This document shows, in pieces, positions 17,048 to 26,750 of a stretch of DNA of 64,000 bases (position 1 is the stretch's first letter; every line of letters starts with the position of its first letter). The DNA comes from Burkholderiales bacterium (lineage in GTDB: Bacteria; Pseudomonadota; Gammaproteobacteria; Burkholderiales; Burkholderiaceae_C), in contig QBMB01000001.1 in NCBI GenBank assembly GCA_003241965.1, forward strand, positions 231,068 through 295,067, given 5' to 3'. The translations under genes were made by a program, and so were the position numbers. The notes beneath the pieces are model-generated. The model saw only the letters and a list, made by a program, of their open reading frames with translations. It did no database searches and was not told the origin of the DNA.

Positions 17048-19972
17048 ATGAACAAAGATTTCAACGTGATGCCCAGCCTGCCCGCGCAGGAACTGTGTGC
17101 TCACATCTTCAAAGAAAAGTACGCAGCGCCGGGGGAAACCTCGATTCTTGACGTGCAGCAACGTGTGGCCAAAGCATTGGCCAACACCACCGAGATGGAA
17201 AAGTCGTTCCTGCAGACGCAGCTCGACGGTTTCATTCCTGCGGGACGCATCAACAGTGCAGCCGGAATGGACCGCGTGGCCACCATGATCAACTGCTTCG
17301 TGCAGCCCGTGGCGGACACGATGACGGGTCAAAAAGACGGCTTGCCAGGCATCATGGAGTCGTTGGCGCAAGCCACCGAAACCATGCGCCGCGGTGGCGG
17401 AGTCGGATACGACTTCTCGCTGATCCGTCCCATGGGTGCGCACGTGAAGGGCACCGACTCGACGGCCTCCGGGCCAGTGAGTTACATGCGTGTCTTTGAC
17501 CGTGCCTGCCAGACGGTTGAGTCGGCTGGTTCGCGCCGTGGTGCCCAGATGGGCGTGCTGCGGATTGACCACCCCGACATCGAGTTGTTCATCGACTCGA
17601 AGAAGGCTCCAGACTTCAAAACCCTGGGCCTCGACGAAGCTGAGGAGCAGCAGTTCCTTCGCATGATGCGCAACAAGATGGGCTTCGGTTGGGCCGTTCG
17701 CGGTGCCTTCGCGCAGCTTTCTCAATTCAACATATCTGTGGGAGTAACGACCTCCTTCATGGAAGCTGTTGAACAAGATCTCGACTTCGATCTCGTGCAT
17801 GAAGCGCCACCGCGCGAACCTGCACGCAAGGTGGTTGGCGAAGACGGCATCGAGCGTCACGTGTATCGCACGGTCAAAGCCCGCTACCTGTGGGAAAAGA
17901 TCATGAAGAACACGTATGAGTCGGCGGACCCGGGAATTCTGTTCATCGACACTATCAATGAAACCAACAACCTGCGGTATTGCGAAGTGATTCGCGCGAC
18001 CAACCCATGCGGGGAACAAAATTTGCCCGACTACGGTTGTTGCTGTTTGGGTGCCATGAACTTGTACCGTTACGTGAAGAATCCCTTCACGGACTAAGCC
18101 GAGTTCGACTACGAGGCCTTCCGCCGCGTGGTGCCTGGTGCAGTGCGCATGTTGGACCGCACGCTGGATGTCACCATCTGGCCGTTGGAACAGCAAAAAG
18201 CAGAAGCGCAAGCGAAGCGCCGTGTGGGTTTGGGCTATCTAGGCCTGGCCAATGCGATGGCAATGCTGGGTTTGCGTTACGGTAGCGAGGCCTCGGCCGA
18301 GTTCGCCGCGAACGTGACCCGTGAACTGCGTGATGCCGCCTACATGGCGTCGGTCGAACTGGCAAAAGAACTGGGCCCGTTCCCGAAGCTCGATGTCGAG
18401 AAATACCTGCAAGAGGGTACCTTTGCATCGAAGCTGCCTGAGCACATCAAGGATGCCATTCGCAAGCACGGCATTCGCAACTCGCATCTGTTGTCGATCG
18501 CGCCCACTGGGACGATTTCGCTGGGCTTTGCGGATAACGCAAGCTCTGGCATTGAGCCGACCTTCGACCTGAAACAGTACCGCAACGTGCGCACTGGCAA
18601 GGGCGAGGAACGCAAGATGTGGACAGCAGATGACCACGCGTACCGCGTGCTAAAGATGGTCAAAGGTGAAGACGCGGACGCTTCGGTGATCGCGACTGCA
18701 CTGAACCTGTCGGTCGAGGAACACCTGCGCATCATGAAGGCGGTGATCCCATACATCGACAGCGCGATCAGCAAGACAGTGAACGTGCCTGCGGACTATT
18801 CCTTCGAGGACTTTTCACGCATCTACCTGGATGCTTGGAAGGGTGGCCTCAAGGGCATTACGACTTACCGACCTAACGACATCACTGGAGCGGTGCTCGT
18901 GTCTGAAGCGGAAGCGAAGGCAGCAGGAAACGGAACCCGTGACTTGCGTACCGATGACCCAGACCGCCGCGTCGAAATCAAGGACGTGCCGAACGTGGTC
19001 GAGAACTTGCGCTGGCCCAGCCGCCCCGATGTGGTGGCCGAAGGTGTGACGTACACCGTGCGTCATCCTCACGGCAACTTCGCTGTGGTGGTGAACCATT
19101 GGGAAAACGGCAGGAAGCACCCGCTGGAGGTGTATATCGCCGGTAACGAAGCGCCGCGGGGCCTGGGCGCTATCGCCAAGGCCTTGAGCGTGGACATGCG
19201 TACCGATGACGGTGCGTTCTTGGAAATGAAGCTGGCGTCGCTCATCAACACGGTGGCCGATGACGGCTTCGAGATGAACGACCCGGCGACGGGCAAGCGG
19301 GTGCTGATGCCGTCTCTGACGGCTGGCTTCGCGGTCCTCGTCAAGCATCGTCTGACTCAGATCGGTGCGCTCGGTGAGCAAGAGCATTCGCCCATGGTGG
19401 ATGCCCTGTTCAGTCGCAAGGAGCCCAAGACGGGTCCTGCAGGCGCCATCGGTTGGCAAGTGGATGTCTCCAACCCCGCAACGGGTGACGACTTCCTGTT
19501 GACCACGAAAGAGCTGAAGCTGCCCAACGGGCAGGTCCGGCCTTACTCGGTCTGGTTGTCGGGTCGCTACCCAGCGGCTCTCAACGGCCTGATGAAGGTG
19601 CTGTCCATCGACATGCGCGTGAGCGATCCGAAGTGGGTGGCCATGAAACTGCAGAAGCTGGCGAACTTTGGTGAGGTGCGTGGTGACTTCCTGGCGCAAG
19701 TGCCGGGCGAAGCCAAGCAGATGAACTATCCCAGCACGGTTGCCTACGTGGCGACGCTATTGCTGGCCCGCATGAAGGCGCTTGGTCTGCTGGAAGGCGC
19801 ACCACTGGCTCGCTCCGGTGATGCGCAACCGGTGGTCGAAGTGACTGAAGCCGCGAATCGTCCGGTTCGCGGTGGCGGTAAGCAGTGCCCTGAGTGCGGC
19901 TCGATGTCGCTGCACAAGGTGGACGGTTGTGAGCGTTGCGACGCTTGTGGCCACATCGGTTCCTGCGGGTAA
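17048..19972 (+). pseudogene. nrdJ: Class II (B12-dependent) ribonucleotide reductase interrupted by an in-frame TAA at 18095-18097
   Basis: PAGRI, NCFV, RRGAQM, NPCGEQ in the 5' part; LGYLGLA, SIAPTGTIS, KGITTYR, TSCPD-like region and CPECG...CERCDACG in the 3' part. Both parts are in the same frame: KNPFTD*AEFDYEAFRRVVP. Confidence 0.9.
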
Positions 19973-20318
19973 CCGAAACGAAGAATCTGGGGACAACCGT
20001 TCGACACCATAAGCTGCAAGTTCAGTTTGTGGCTCGCGCGGCCCCCGGTTTCCCAGCACCCTCGCATGAGCGAGGGGGCTGTCTAAAGGCTCGATGCAAT
20101 CGGGCTTTCAGACAGTCGAACTTGAGCGGTTGGCACACGCCCGTCGCAAGGGTTCATTCTCCAAGGCGTGGTTCAACCGCGCCACAGAGCGAAGCGACCA
20201 GTGAGCAGTTCAAGTCACAAGTGAAGGTGTCGATAAGACGATGAGGCCGGGCCTTGACATTCACCGCTCCTCCTTCATTCTGAAGATTCACCCCTGAACA
20301 CAAACTTCATCCGAATCT

Positions 20319-21242
20319 ATGACCAAGCTCATTCTCACCCTGCTAATCGCGACCCTCACGCCCATCTCTTCCTTCGCCTGGAAGGCGATGAGCACATCGT
20401 TCTATCCGATCCACAACGTCTACATCAGCGACGAGCATGGGGATGAGGCGAGTGCACTGGAGCAGGCTATGGCGAGGTGCAAAGCCTTGGCTGTAAATGG
20501 AGGCAGCTGTAAACCACTTGCACGCCCATTCAGTGCCGAGGTCGCAGTGGTCATGCACGGTGAAGCTGGATTGAGCGTTGGATACGGCAGAGATTCTCAG
20601 AGAGCGATGAATGCGGCTCTTGGTGAGTGCAGTCGTCTGTCCAAATCGTGCATCCCCCTCACCGCAGACGCTTCCAAAGAGGTGCGTTATGCCGCGATTG
20701 CATTCTCACCAACTGCAGGGTACTTTGCACACACAGGTGCTTCGTCGCAAGAAGATGCAAACAAGAAAGTGCTGTCATTCTGTGTGGGACGAACACAAGG
20801 TCAGTGCAAGCTATCGAACCTAAAAAACATGGCTGCGCTCGGCACCTATGCGGTTGCCGTCACTGCCGACGGCAAGCACGAGTACATCGTGCGAAACGGG
20901 AACAGCGAGATTGCACAGAACGATGCGATCAGGAAATGCGAACTCGAGCTCAAACAGGCGTGCGCGGCGTCAGAAAAGTTTCGACCGGTGTTCAACGGTT
21001 GGAATGATCCGTTCACGAAGGCGCAGTGGGCTGACATCGACGCTATCCGTGATGCAGGCACCCGCAACTGGGAAGCGCTGCTCGAAAAATTCAAGCAGGC
21101 CAATCAATCTAGGGTGGGCTCTCCTGCGCAGTCCGAACAAGGGACTCGGGAAGCATCAAAACCAGACATGGGCCCCTGCATGGTCACGCGCGTCTATCGT
21201 GGGCACGAGGCCGATGAGATCCGATCGCCAGGGTGCTTTTGA
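20319..21242 (+). CDS. Secreted DUF4189-repeat protein
   Basis: Signal peptide and four repeats of the pattern YAAIA...A...A...C...C. Confidence 0.75.
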   Translation: MTKLILTLLIATLTPISSFAWKAMSTSFYPIHNVYISDEHGDEASALEQAMARCKALAVNGGSCKPLARPFSAEVAVVMHGEAGLSVGYGRDSQRAMNAALGECSRLSKSCIPLTADASKEVRYAAIAFSPTAGYFAHTGASSQEDANKKVLSFCVGRTQGQCKLSNLKNMAALGTYAVAVTADGKHEYIVRNGNSEIAQNDAIRKCELELKQACAASEKFRPVFNGWNDPFTKAQWADIDAIRDAGTRNWEALLEKFKQANQSRVGSPAQSEQGTREASKPDMGPCMVTRVYRGHEADEIRSPGCF

Positions 21243-21311
21243 TCTCTGATCTTGGGTACTGAACCCCCAGTGGAAGGCGCAGACCCTTCCGACTGGCGCA
21301 TCTCCTGCAGG

Positions 21312-21737
21312 ATGAGGTGGGTGCTTCAAGAAGACCCTCAGGGCTGCGGAGTCGCTTGTCTGGCCATGGTCGCCGGTGTCCCCTACGCGAAGGTCCGCGC
21401 GCTTTTCATGCGCCACGGTCTCGGCGAGAAGCGCGGCCGCAAGCTTCCCTTCGCCACGAACTTTCGCGAGCTGCTCACGATGTCCGAGCTGCTCGGTCTC
21501 AAGGGCACCATGAAGCGCTGGACGGGGTGGAGTGCCGTGAACTGCGCCGGCATCATCAAGGTGCCGACAAATGCCCAGGATTGGCACTGGGTGGCAGTGG
21601 AGCGGACGGAGGCCTTCGGCGCAGTGGCGCACGACCCAGCGCTCGATTGGCCCGCATTTGACCGCGCTCCGCTGGATGTGATGTACCGCAGCCCGGACTC
21701 CCTGCGGCCTTCAGGGAACTGGATTTCGTTCGAGTAA
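21312..21737 (+). CDS. Stand-alone C39-like (papain-fold) peptidase
   Basis: QEDPQGCGVACLAM, HWVAV and HDPA give a Q/C/H/D set. Confidence 0.75.
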   Translation: MRWVLQEDPQGCGVACLAMVAGVPYAKVRALFMRHGLGEKRGRKLPFATNFRELLTMSELLGLKGTMKRWTGWSAVNCAGIIKVPTNAQDWHWVAVERTEAFGAVAHDPALDWPAFDRAPLDVMYRSPDSLRPSGNWISFE

Positions 21738-21772
21738 ATCCCGGCTGGGGTGCGACTGGGCTGGCTCTCGGA

Positions 21773-22087
21773 TCAGGACGCTTCAAGTAGTTTGAAGTCC
21801 GCGATCAGGCCGACAAGGTGTTTGGCGATCTCGTCCGCGCGCTCGTGCAGCACTCCCACCGGGATGCTGCCGCTCGACAAGCCACCGTAGTGCACGTCGA
21901 CGAAATAGCACAACCCATCTGGCATGTCTTCAGCTTCCCCTCGGATTGCGTTCGCAATCGTGTCGTAGACACCGAGCGCGCCCTTGCGCGTGATGGTGCC
22001 CCCGCCCAATTCGGCCTGATAGTGCCCCTTGGCCAGGCGATCGATGTGCAGGGTGAGGCTCAATACGTGTGCTTTGGGAGTGGTCAT
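21773..22087 (-). CDS. Hypothetical protein
   Basis: 104-aa ORF with upstream AAGG-like RBS; convergent with the peptidase. Confidence 0.65.
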   Translation of the reverse strand: MTTPKAHVLSLTLHIDRLAKGHYQAELGGGTITRKGALGVYDTIANAIRGEAEDMPDGLCYFVDVHYGGLSSGSIPVGVLHERADEIAKHLVGLIADFKLLEAS

Positions 22088-22124
22088 TTCAGCCTTTCAA
22101 TCTTGAGTAGGTGCGTGCGTAGGC

Positions 22125-22961
22125 TCATATTCGCTCAAGAGTGCGCTCCACAGCGTCTTCCTTGCGGTAGCCGTCAACGAAACTCCACCCCGCAAGGATC
22201 GTCCAAAGAAATTGGCAGACGTATTTCACTTGGTCGTTGGTGAATGTGTCGTCATTGCGCAATCGGTAGACATGTTCGCTGAGCCTCTTGAACAAACCGT
22301 GCACCTGCGCATCCTGTACGGATAGGTTGTTCAACACGTACTGCATCTCCTGTGAGAGCAGCTCGAGTTCGAGCAGGATGGCTTTCAGTCGGTCCGGCTC
22401 GCCCTGGAGTGCGCTGGCCACGTCATCCCAGCGACCATCAAACTCTTTTTGAAACTGCTGCTGGTTGCGCAGAGCGTCGATCTCGTCGGTGGCAAGGGAC
22501 ATGCCACAGCACCACACGATCTGTTGGATGGTGTTGTGTTTGAAGTCACGGTATCGGCTTGTGAGACTGGCGCGCAGAAGCCGGCGGCGTTGGACATCCG
22601 GGCGGTACACCACGAGCCACCAGAAGAAAACGCTGGTGAGGAACCCGATGCACAGGTTGAAGCCAATCGTGTTTGGCACAGCCAGGGAATGCAGTAGGGG
22701 TTCGAACCGAGTCCCCTGAAGGGGCCTGAGCACCTCTTCGCCGCTGAAGGCGACCATGCCCACAGCAGCCGTTGCGGAAAGCACGCCTAGCGTGATCTCC
22801 ACATGATGCTTTCGCACTCGTTCCAGGAACTTCCCCACTGTGACTCCCCGTGATTGGGAGCGATGGTAGCCGAGGGCACCCCTGCTGCCCACGCCGCGGG
22901 CTGGTCCGCTTCGATTGCTGCGCCTGACCCCTTCCCCTAAGATCGGCTCGTTCGGTTTCAC
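22125..22961 (-). CDS. Hypothetical membrane protein (2 TM, helical C-terminal domain); true start probably downstream
   Basis: ITLGVLSATAAVGMVAF and IGFNLCIGFLTSVFFWWLVV TM segments. Confidence 0.6.
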   Translation of the reverse strand: MKPNEPILGEGVRRSNRSGPARGVGSRGALGYHRSQSRGVTVGKFLERVRKHHVEITLGVLSATAAVGMVAFSGEEVLRPLQGTRFEPLLHSLAVPNTIGFNLCIGFLTSVFFWWLVVYRPDVQRRRLLRASLTSRYRDFKHNTIQQIVWCCGMSLATDEIDALRNQQQFQKEFDGRWDDVASALQGEPDRLKAILLELELLSQEMQYVLNNLSVQDAQVHGLFKRLSEHVYRLRNDDTFTNDQVKYVCQFLWTILAGWSFVDGYRKEDAVERTLERI

Positions 22962-23061
22962 CGTCCGCAGGTCTTAGCGCTTGCATTTAACTGTCAACCC
23001 CAGCGGGAATTCACATTCCCGCGAGGGGTAGTGGGTTCCCGCTCCTCTTTGGAGTACCCAC

Positions 23062-24168
23062 ATGAACGCACCCGCCGTTCTCAACATCAAACAGACGCAA
23101 GCCAACGGCATCGTCTGTGTCTCTCTGGACATCCACCTCTGGTCTGGCCGCAAACGTCTCCGCAAGGAAAACCTGCTGGCCAAGAACCCGGAGCTGGCCG
23201 ACCTCCCCCCGGAGTCGTTGGCCACCTTGGGCTCGATCAAGATCGCAGACCCGGATGACCTGGCTCCGTTCCTCAAGTACAAGCGCGAGGCGGAAAAGCT
23301 TCTCAAGCTCAACGGCCTGCCTTTGCTGGGCACTGTCGGCATCCCGGAAGGGAAGGTCGACGGCGTCTACAAGGGCCTGCTGGAGATCAAGCAGAAGTTC
23401 GATGACCATGCCCAACGCCTCTACCGCGACTTCGACGTGCGGATCAAGGATTGGCGCCAGCGCATCGACAACGCGCAGTGGGATCACCTGATCACGGACA
23501 TTCCGACCCCGGAATACGTGGCGGGGCGGCTCGCCTTCGGTTTTCATCTCTGCCGGGTCAGCGCACCCAGCGGCGATGAGTTCAGCCAGGCCAACAAGCA
23601 CTACAGCAAGCAAGTCACCGGCCTCAAGGGTGAGTTGTTCGACGAGGCCGCCGAAGAAGCCAAAACCCTGATGGAGAAATACCTGATGGGCAAGGATGCT
23701 CACGGCGCTGTGCGTCGGCGCGAGAAGATCACGCAGAAGACCCTCGGGCCTTTGAAGCGGATCGGCGAAAAGTTCAGGAGCTTCAGCTTCCTGGACCACA
23801 CCGTCGAGCCGCTGGCGCAGATCGTGGAACACGTGCTCGGCATCCTGCCGCAGGACGGTCCCATCGAAGGCGTGCACCTGATGCACGTCTGGACACTCGC
23901 CAAGGCCCTCTCCAACAGCGCAACCGCGCTGGAGGCGGCCCAGCTCGTGATGGACTCGGGTGCTGCCAACCTTGCCTTCGAAACGCTGCTCAGCAGTGCG
24001 CCGGAGGTGGTCAACAGCCCTGCAGAAGAAGTCCGTGGCCCCGCGGCCGCGCCGACGTATGCCGAGGACATCCTGTCCGGGGCTACGCCCACCGCAGACG
24101 AGCAACCAGTCGTCGAAGCGGAAACCTTGACCGACAGCTTCCAGCCGGAATACGTCGGTCTGTTCTGA
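23062..24168 (+). CDS. DUF3150-family protein
   Basis: VSLDIHLWSGRKRL...LATLGSIKI signature; adjacent to the VWA gene, as in SXT/IncC backbones. Confidence 0.85.
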   Translation: MNAPAVLNIKQTQANGIVCVSLDIHLWSGRKRLRKENLLAKNPELADLPPESLATLGSIKIADPDDLAPFLKYKREAEKLLKLNGLPLLGTVGIPEGKVDGVYKGLLEIKQKFDDHAQRLYRDFDVRIKDWRQRIDNAQWDHLITDIPTPEYVAGRLAFGFHLCRVSAPSGDEFSQANKHYSKQVTGLKGELFDEAAEEAKTLMEKYLMGKDAHGAVRRREKITQKTLGPLKRIGEKFRSFSFLDHTVEPLAQIVEHVLGILPQDGPIEGVHLMHVWTLAKALSNSATALEAAQLVMDSGAANLAFETLLSSAPEVVNSPAEEVRGPAAAPTYAEDILSGATPTADEQPVVEAETLTDSFQPEYVGLF

Positions 24169-24216
24169 CCAACCCAGTGACGTCTCGGCCTTCGGGCCGG
24201 GGCGTTGGGAGTACAC

Positions 24217-26499
24217 ATGACAAACAAGCCTGAAATCGCGATGGTCAAGAAGATCATCGCCGGCTTCGTCTCGCTCCTTCTCGGCCGCAAGGTCGGGTTG
24301 GTGTGGGGCGAGCACGCAGGGATGCTGCCCAACGGCAACATCATGCTGCCGCCGCCCACCACGGGCGATGCAGCGCAGATCGCCGCGCTCACGCGCATGG
24401 CGGTCCACGAGGCTGGCCACAGCATGCACACCGACCCCGGATGCATGCAGCGCCTGGACGCTAACGAGTTGCTCGTTTTCAACTTGCTGGAAGACCCCCG
24501 CATGGAGATGGAGCAACGCAAGCAATTCGCAGGCGCCGGCCTGATCCTGAGCAGGGGTCTGGATGAGGCGCTTGACACCATCCTCGGCAAGTTGGAGGTG
24601 GAGACCGAGGAAGGCCGCTCACGCGCTCTGCAGTTGGACATCCTTCTGGGAGGCTTCCAGGCGGCCGCACCCCAGGCAGCGATTGCCCAGCGTGCCCAGG
24701 CGTTCTACGACCTGAGCGCCAAGGTGGTTTCCGAGCATCAACGCAAGGTGATCGATGCGGCCTTGGCCGAGTTGCCGAGCCTCTGCACCAGTCTGCAGAC
24801 CGAGGAGCTTGCGATTCGCCTGAACCGAGAGTTGCGCGAGCAGCCCGAAGAACAGGCGCATGACCAGTCGTCTGAGGATTCGGCAGACCAGTCGAGCGAC
24901 CCGCTGCCACAAGAGCAGGAAGCGGAGCAAGAGCCATCGCCCACGGGTGACGCCGACGCCGAGCAGCAAGACGAGGAGCCAGCCGCCGACCAGGGTCAGG
25001 GCACGCAGCCCGAGCAGGACCAGCAACCGCAGGACCAGCAGCAGGGCGAGGGCGACTCAAATGAAAAAACGCAACCTGAACCGGGTGAAAGCCAGGAAGA
25101 AGGTGGCGACAACTCAACCGGGAATGAAGATTCATCGGGTGAAGGTGAGAGCGGCACGGACCTGGGCGAAGATGGCAGCAATGGGGGGGGAACCTCTCAG
25201 CCATCCGAACAGGAACCGAGCAGCCATGATGCAGGCGATCCGAAACAGGGCGACAGCCAGTCGACTGGCCAAGCTTCATCTGAAGAGGACGCGCAAGCGG
25301 ATTCCCAAGGTGATCAAGGCCAAGCTGGGAACGACGCCGCCGATGGCGCGCAATCCCAGTCGGGCGAGTCCGCAGACGGCGAGGGCAACGGCACCGGGGA
25401 CCAAGCCTCATCGCAAGGTGGGCAAGGCGCGCAGGGTGACGGAGGCCCCGACGGAGAACCACAGGCCATGGATGGTGCGCAACCCGCACCGCCAACGATG
25501 CCGAGTTCGAAGTTCGACCTGGGCGACATGCTCCGCGAGGCTTACGAGGCTCAATACGGCAAGCCACAGCAGGCAGACATGGACGAGCAGCTGAGCGAAG
25601 CTGACCAGGGTCTGATGGAGGTGATCGAGCAGGCCATGGAGCAAGGCGAGGGCGGTGATGCCGACCTCGATGCACTCGTTGAGGCTGCTCTGGCCATGCT
25701 TGTCGAAGCCGATCAGGCCCAACAAGCAAATCGGCATGGATCGCTCTCGGGTGCGCCAGTGCTGGCCGCCGTGCCCTGCACGACGACGCCTCTGGACATC
25801 CGTCTCGATGGCGTGCAATCCAGGCTGGTGCGGGTTCTGTTGCGAGAGCTGCAGGACAGGCGCCGCAGGCCTGCCAAGTACGCCCAGGCGGGCGGGCAGG
25901 TGGCTGTGAACCGCTTCTGGCGATTGGGCAAGCTCGGCGACACGAAGGTGTTTCGGGTCCGCAAGTCCACCAACGGCGTCGACGCCGCGGTGAAGTTGCT
26001 TCTGGATCGCTCAGGCAGCATGGAAGACCAGATCGAGACGGCCGCAAAGGTCACCCTCGCGTTCAGTCTGGCCATGCAACGGATCGGCAACGTGACCACC
26101 TCGGTTGCGATGTTTCCGGGCACGGACGCGGTGACGGAGAGCCTGCAAAGTTTCGGGCAGCCGGCTCAGCAGGCCGTACGTCGCAGCGAGGAGATCAAGG
26201 CCACTGGCAGCACCCCAACGGGTCAGGCCGTGGTCGCAGAACTTCCTTCCTTGCTTGCGCAGCGAAAGGAGAAGCATGTTCTGGTTGTCATCACCGATGA
26301 CGGCCCGGACGATCCGCAGATTCTGGCGCTTGCGCTGGCCGAAGCGGAAAAGAACGGCGTCGATGTCATTGGCGTTGGGATCGGGTGCGACATTCGCGCT
26401 CACATCTCCAACTCAGTGACCGTCAGCAGCGTGGATCAGCTGCCCGACGCTCTGGAAGCGCTGTTTCGCTCGAAGGTCGCTCTGCGACTTGCGGCGTGA
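24217..26499 (+). CDS. CobT-like VWA-domain protein with HExxH N-domain and long acidic linker
   Basis: VHEAGH; LLEDPRME; Q/E/D/G/S-rich linker; LLDRSGSM (MIDAS), GSTPT, ITDDG. Confidence 0.88.
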   Translation: MTNKPEIAMVKKIIAGFVSLLLGRKVGLVWGEHAGMLPNGNIMLPPPTTGDAAQIAALTRMAVHEAGHSMHTDPGCMQRLDANELLVFNLLEDPRMEMEQRKQFAGAGLILSRGLDEALDTILGKLEVETEEGRSRALQLDILLGGFQAAAPQAAIAQRAQAFYDLSAKVVSEHQRKVIDAALAELPSLCTSLQTEELAIRLNRELREQPEEQAHDQSSEDSADQSSDPLPQEQEAEQEPSPTGDADAEQQDEEPAADQGQGTQPEQDQQPQDQQQGEGDSNEKTQPEPGESQEEGGDNSTGNEDSSGEGESGTDLGEDGSNGGGTSQPSEQEPSSHDAGDPKQGDSQSTGQASSEEDAQADSQGDQGQAGNDAADGAQSQSGESADGEGNGTGDQASSQGGQGAQGDGGPDGEPQAMDGAQPAPPTMPSSKFDLGDMLREAYEAQYGKPQQADMDEQLSEADQGLMEVIEQAMEQGEGGDADLDALVEAALAMLVEADQAQQANRHGSLSGAPVLAAVPCTTTPLDIRLDGVQSRLVRVLLRELQDRRRRPAKYAQAGGQVAVNRFWRLGKLGDTKVFRVRKSTNGVDAAVKLLLDRSGSMEDQIETAAKVTLAFSLAMQRIGNVTTSVAMFPGTDAVTESLQSFGQPAQQAVRRSEEIKATGSTPTGQAVVAELPSLLAQRKEKHVLVVITDDGPDDPQILALALAEAEKNGVDVIGVGIGCDIRAHISNSVTVSSVDQLPDALEALFRSKVALRLAA

Positions 26500-26515
26500 C
26501 ACTGCATTCAACCTC

Positions 26516-26544
26516 AAGCCACCCGCTCACGCGGGGGCTTTTTT
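26516..26544 (+). terminator. Intrinsic terminator
   Basis: AAGCCACCCGC-TCAC-GCGGGGGCTTTTTT. Confidence 0.7.
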
Positions 26545-26750
26545 CAGCGTTCGACATCGAGCCCTGAAAAAAGCCGGTGCACCTCTCCGTGGGGTGGTCC
26601 GCATCGATGGACGCAATGAACAAGGGCCTGGAAAATAGCCATGACTTCGCATACGCGACGATCGCAGCCAACTGGCTGCATTCAACCACCCGTTGGGGCC
26701 CTCGTGTCCCGATGGGGCATGGCGGCCCCATCTGAAAAGGAGATAGGGAC

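Noticed and set aside
17580-17740. Intein or intron in nrdJ
   Set aside because: The roughly 40-aa insert has no Cys/Ser...His-Asn splicing motifs, and the reading frame across the TAA is contiguous with no inserted sequence.
23011-26047. Long antisense or alternative-frame ORFs (e.g. 23011..24525 -, 24479..26047 -, 37972..39981 -, 7951..9324 +, 44566..45990 -)
   Set aside because: Shadow ORFs typical of high-GC coding DNA, overlapping well-supported genes on the other strand.
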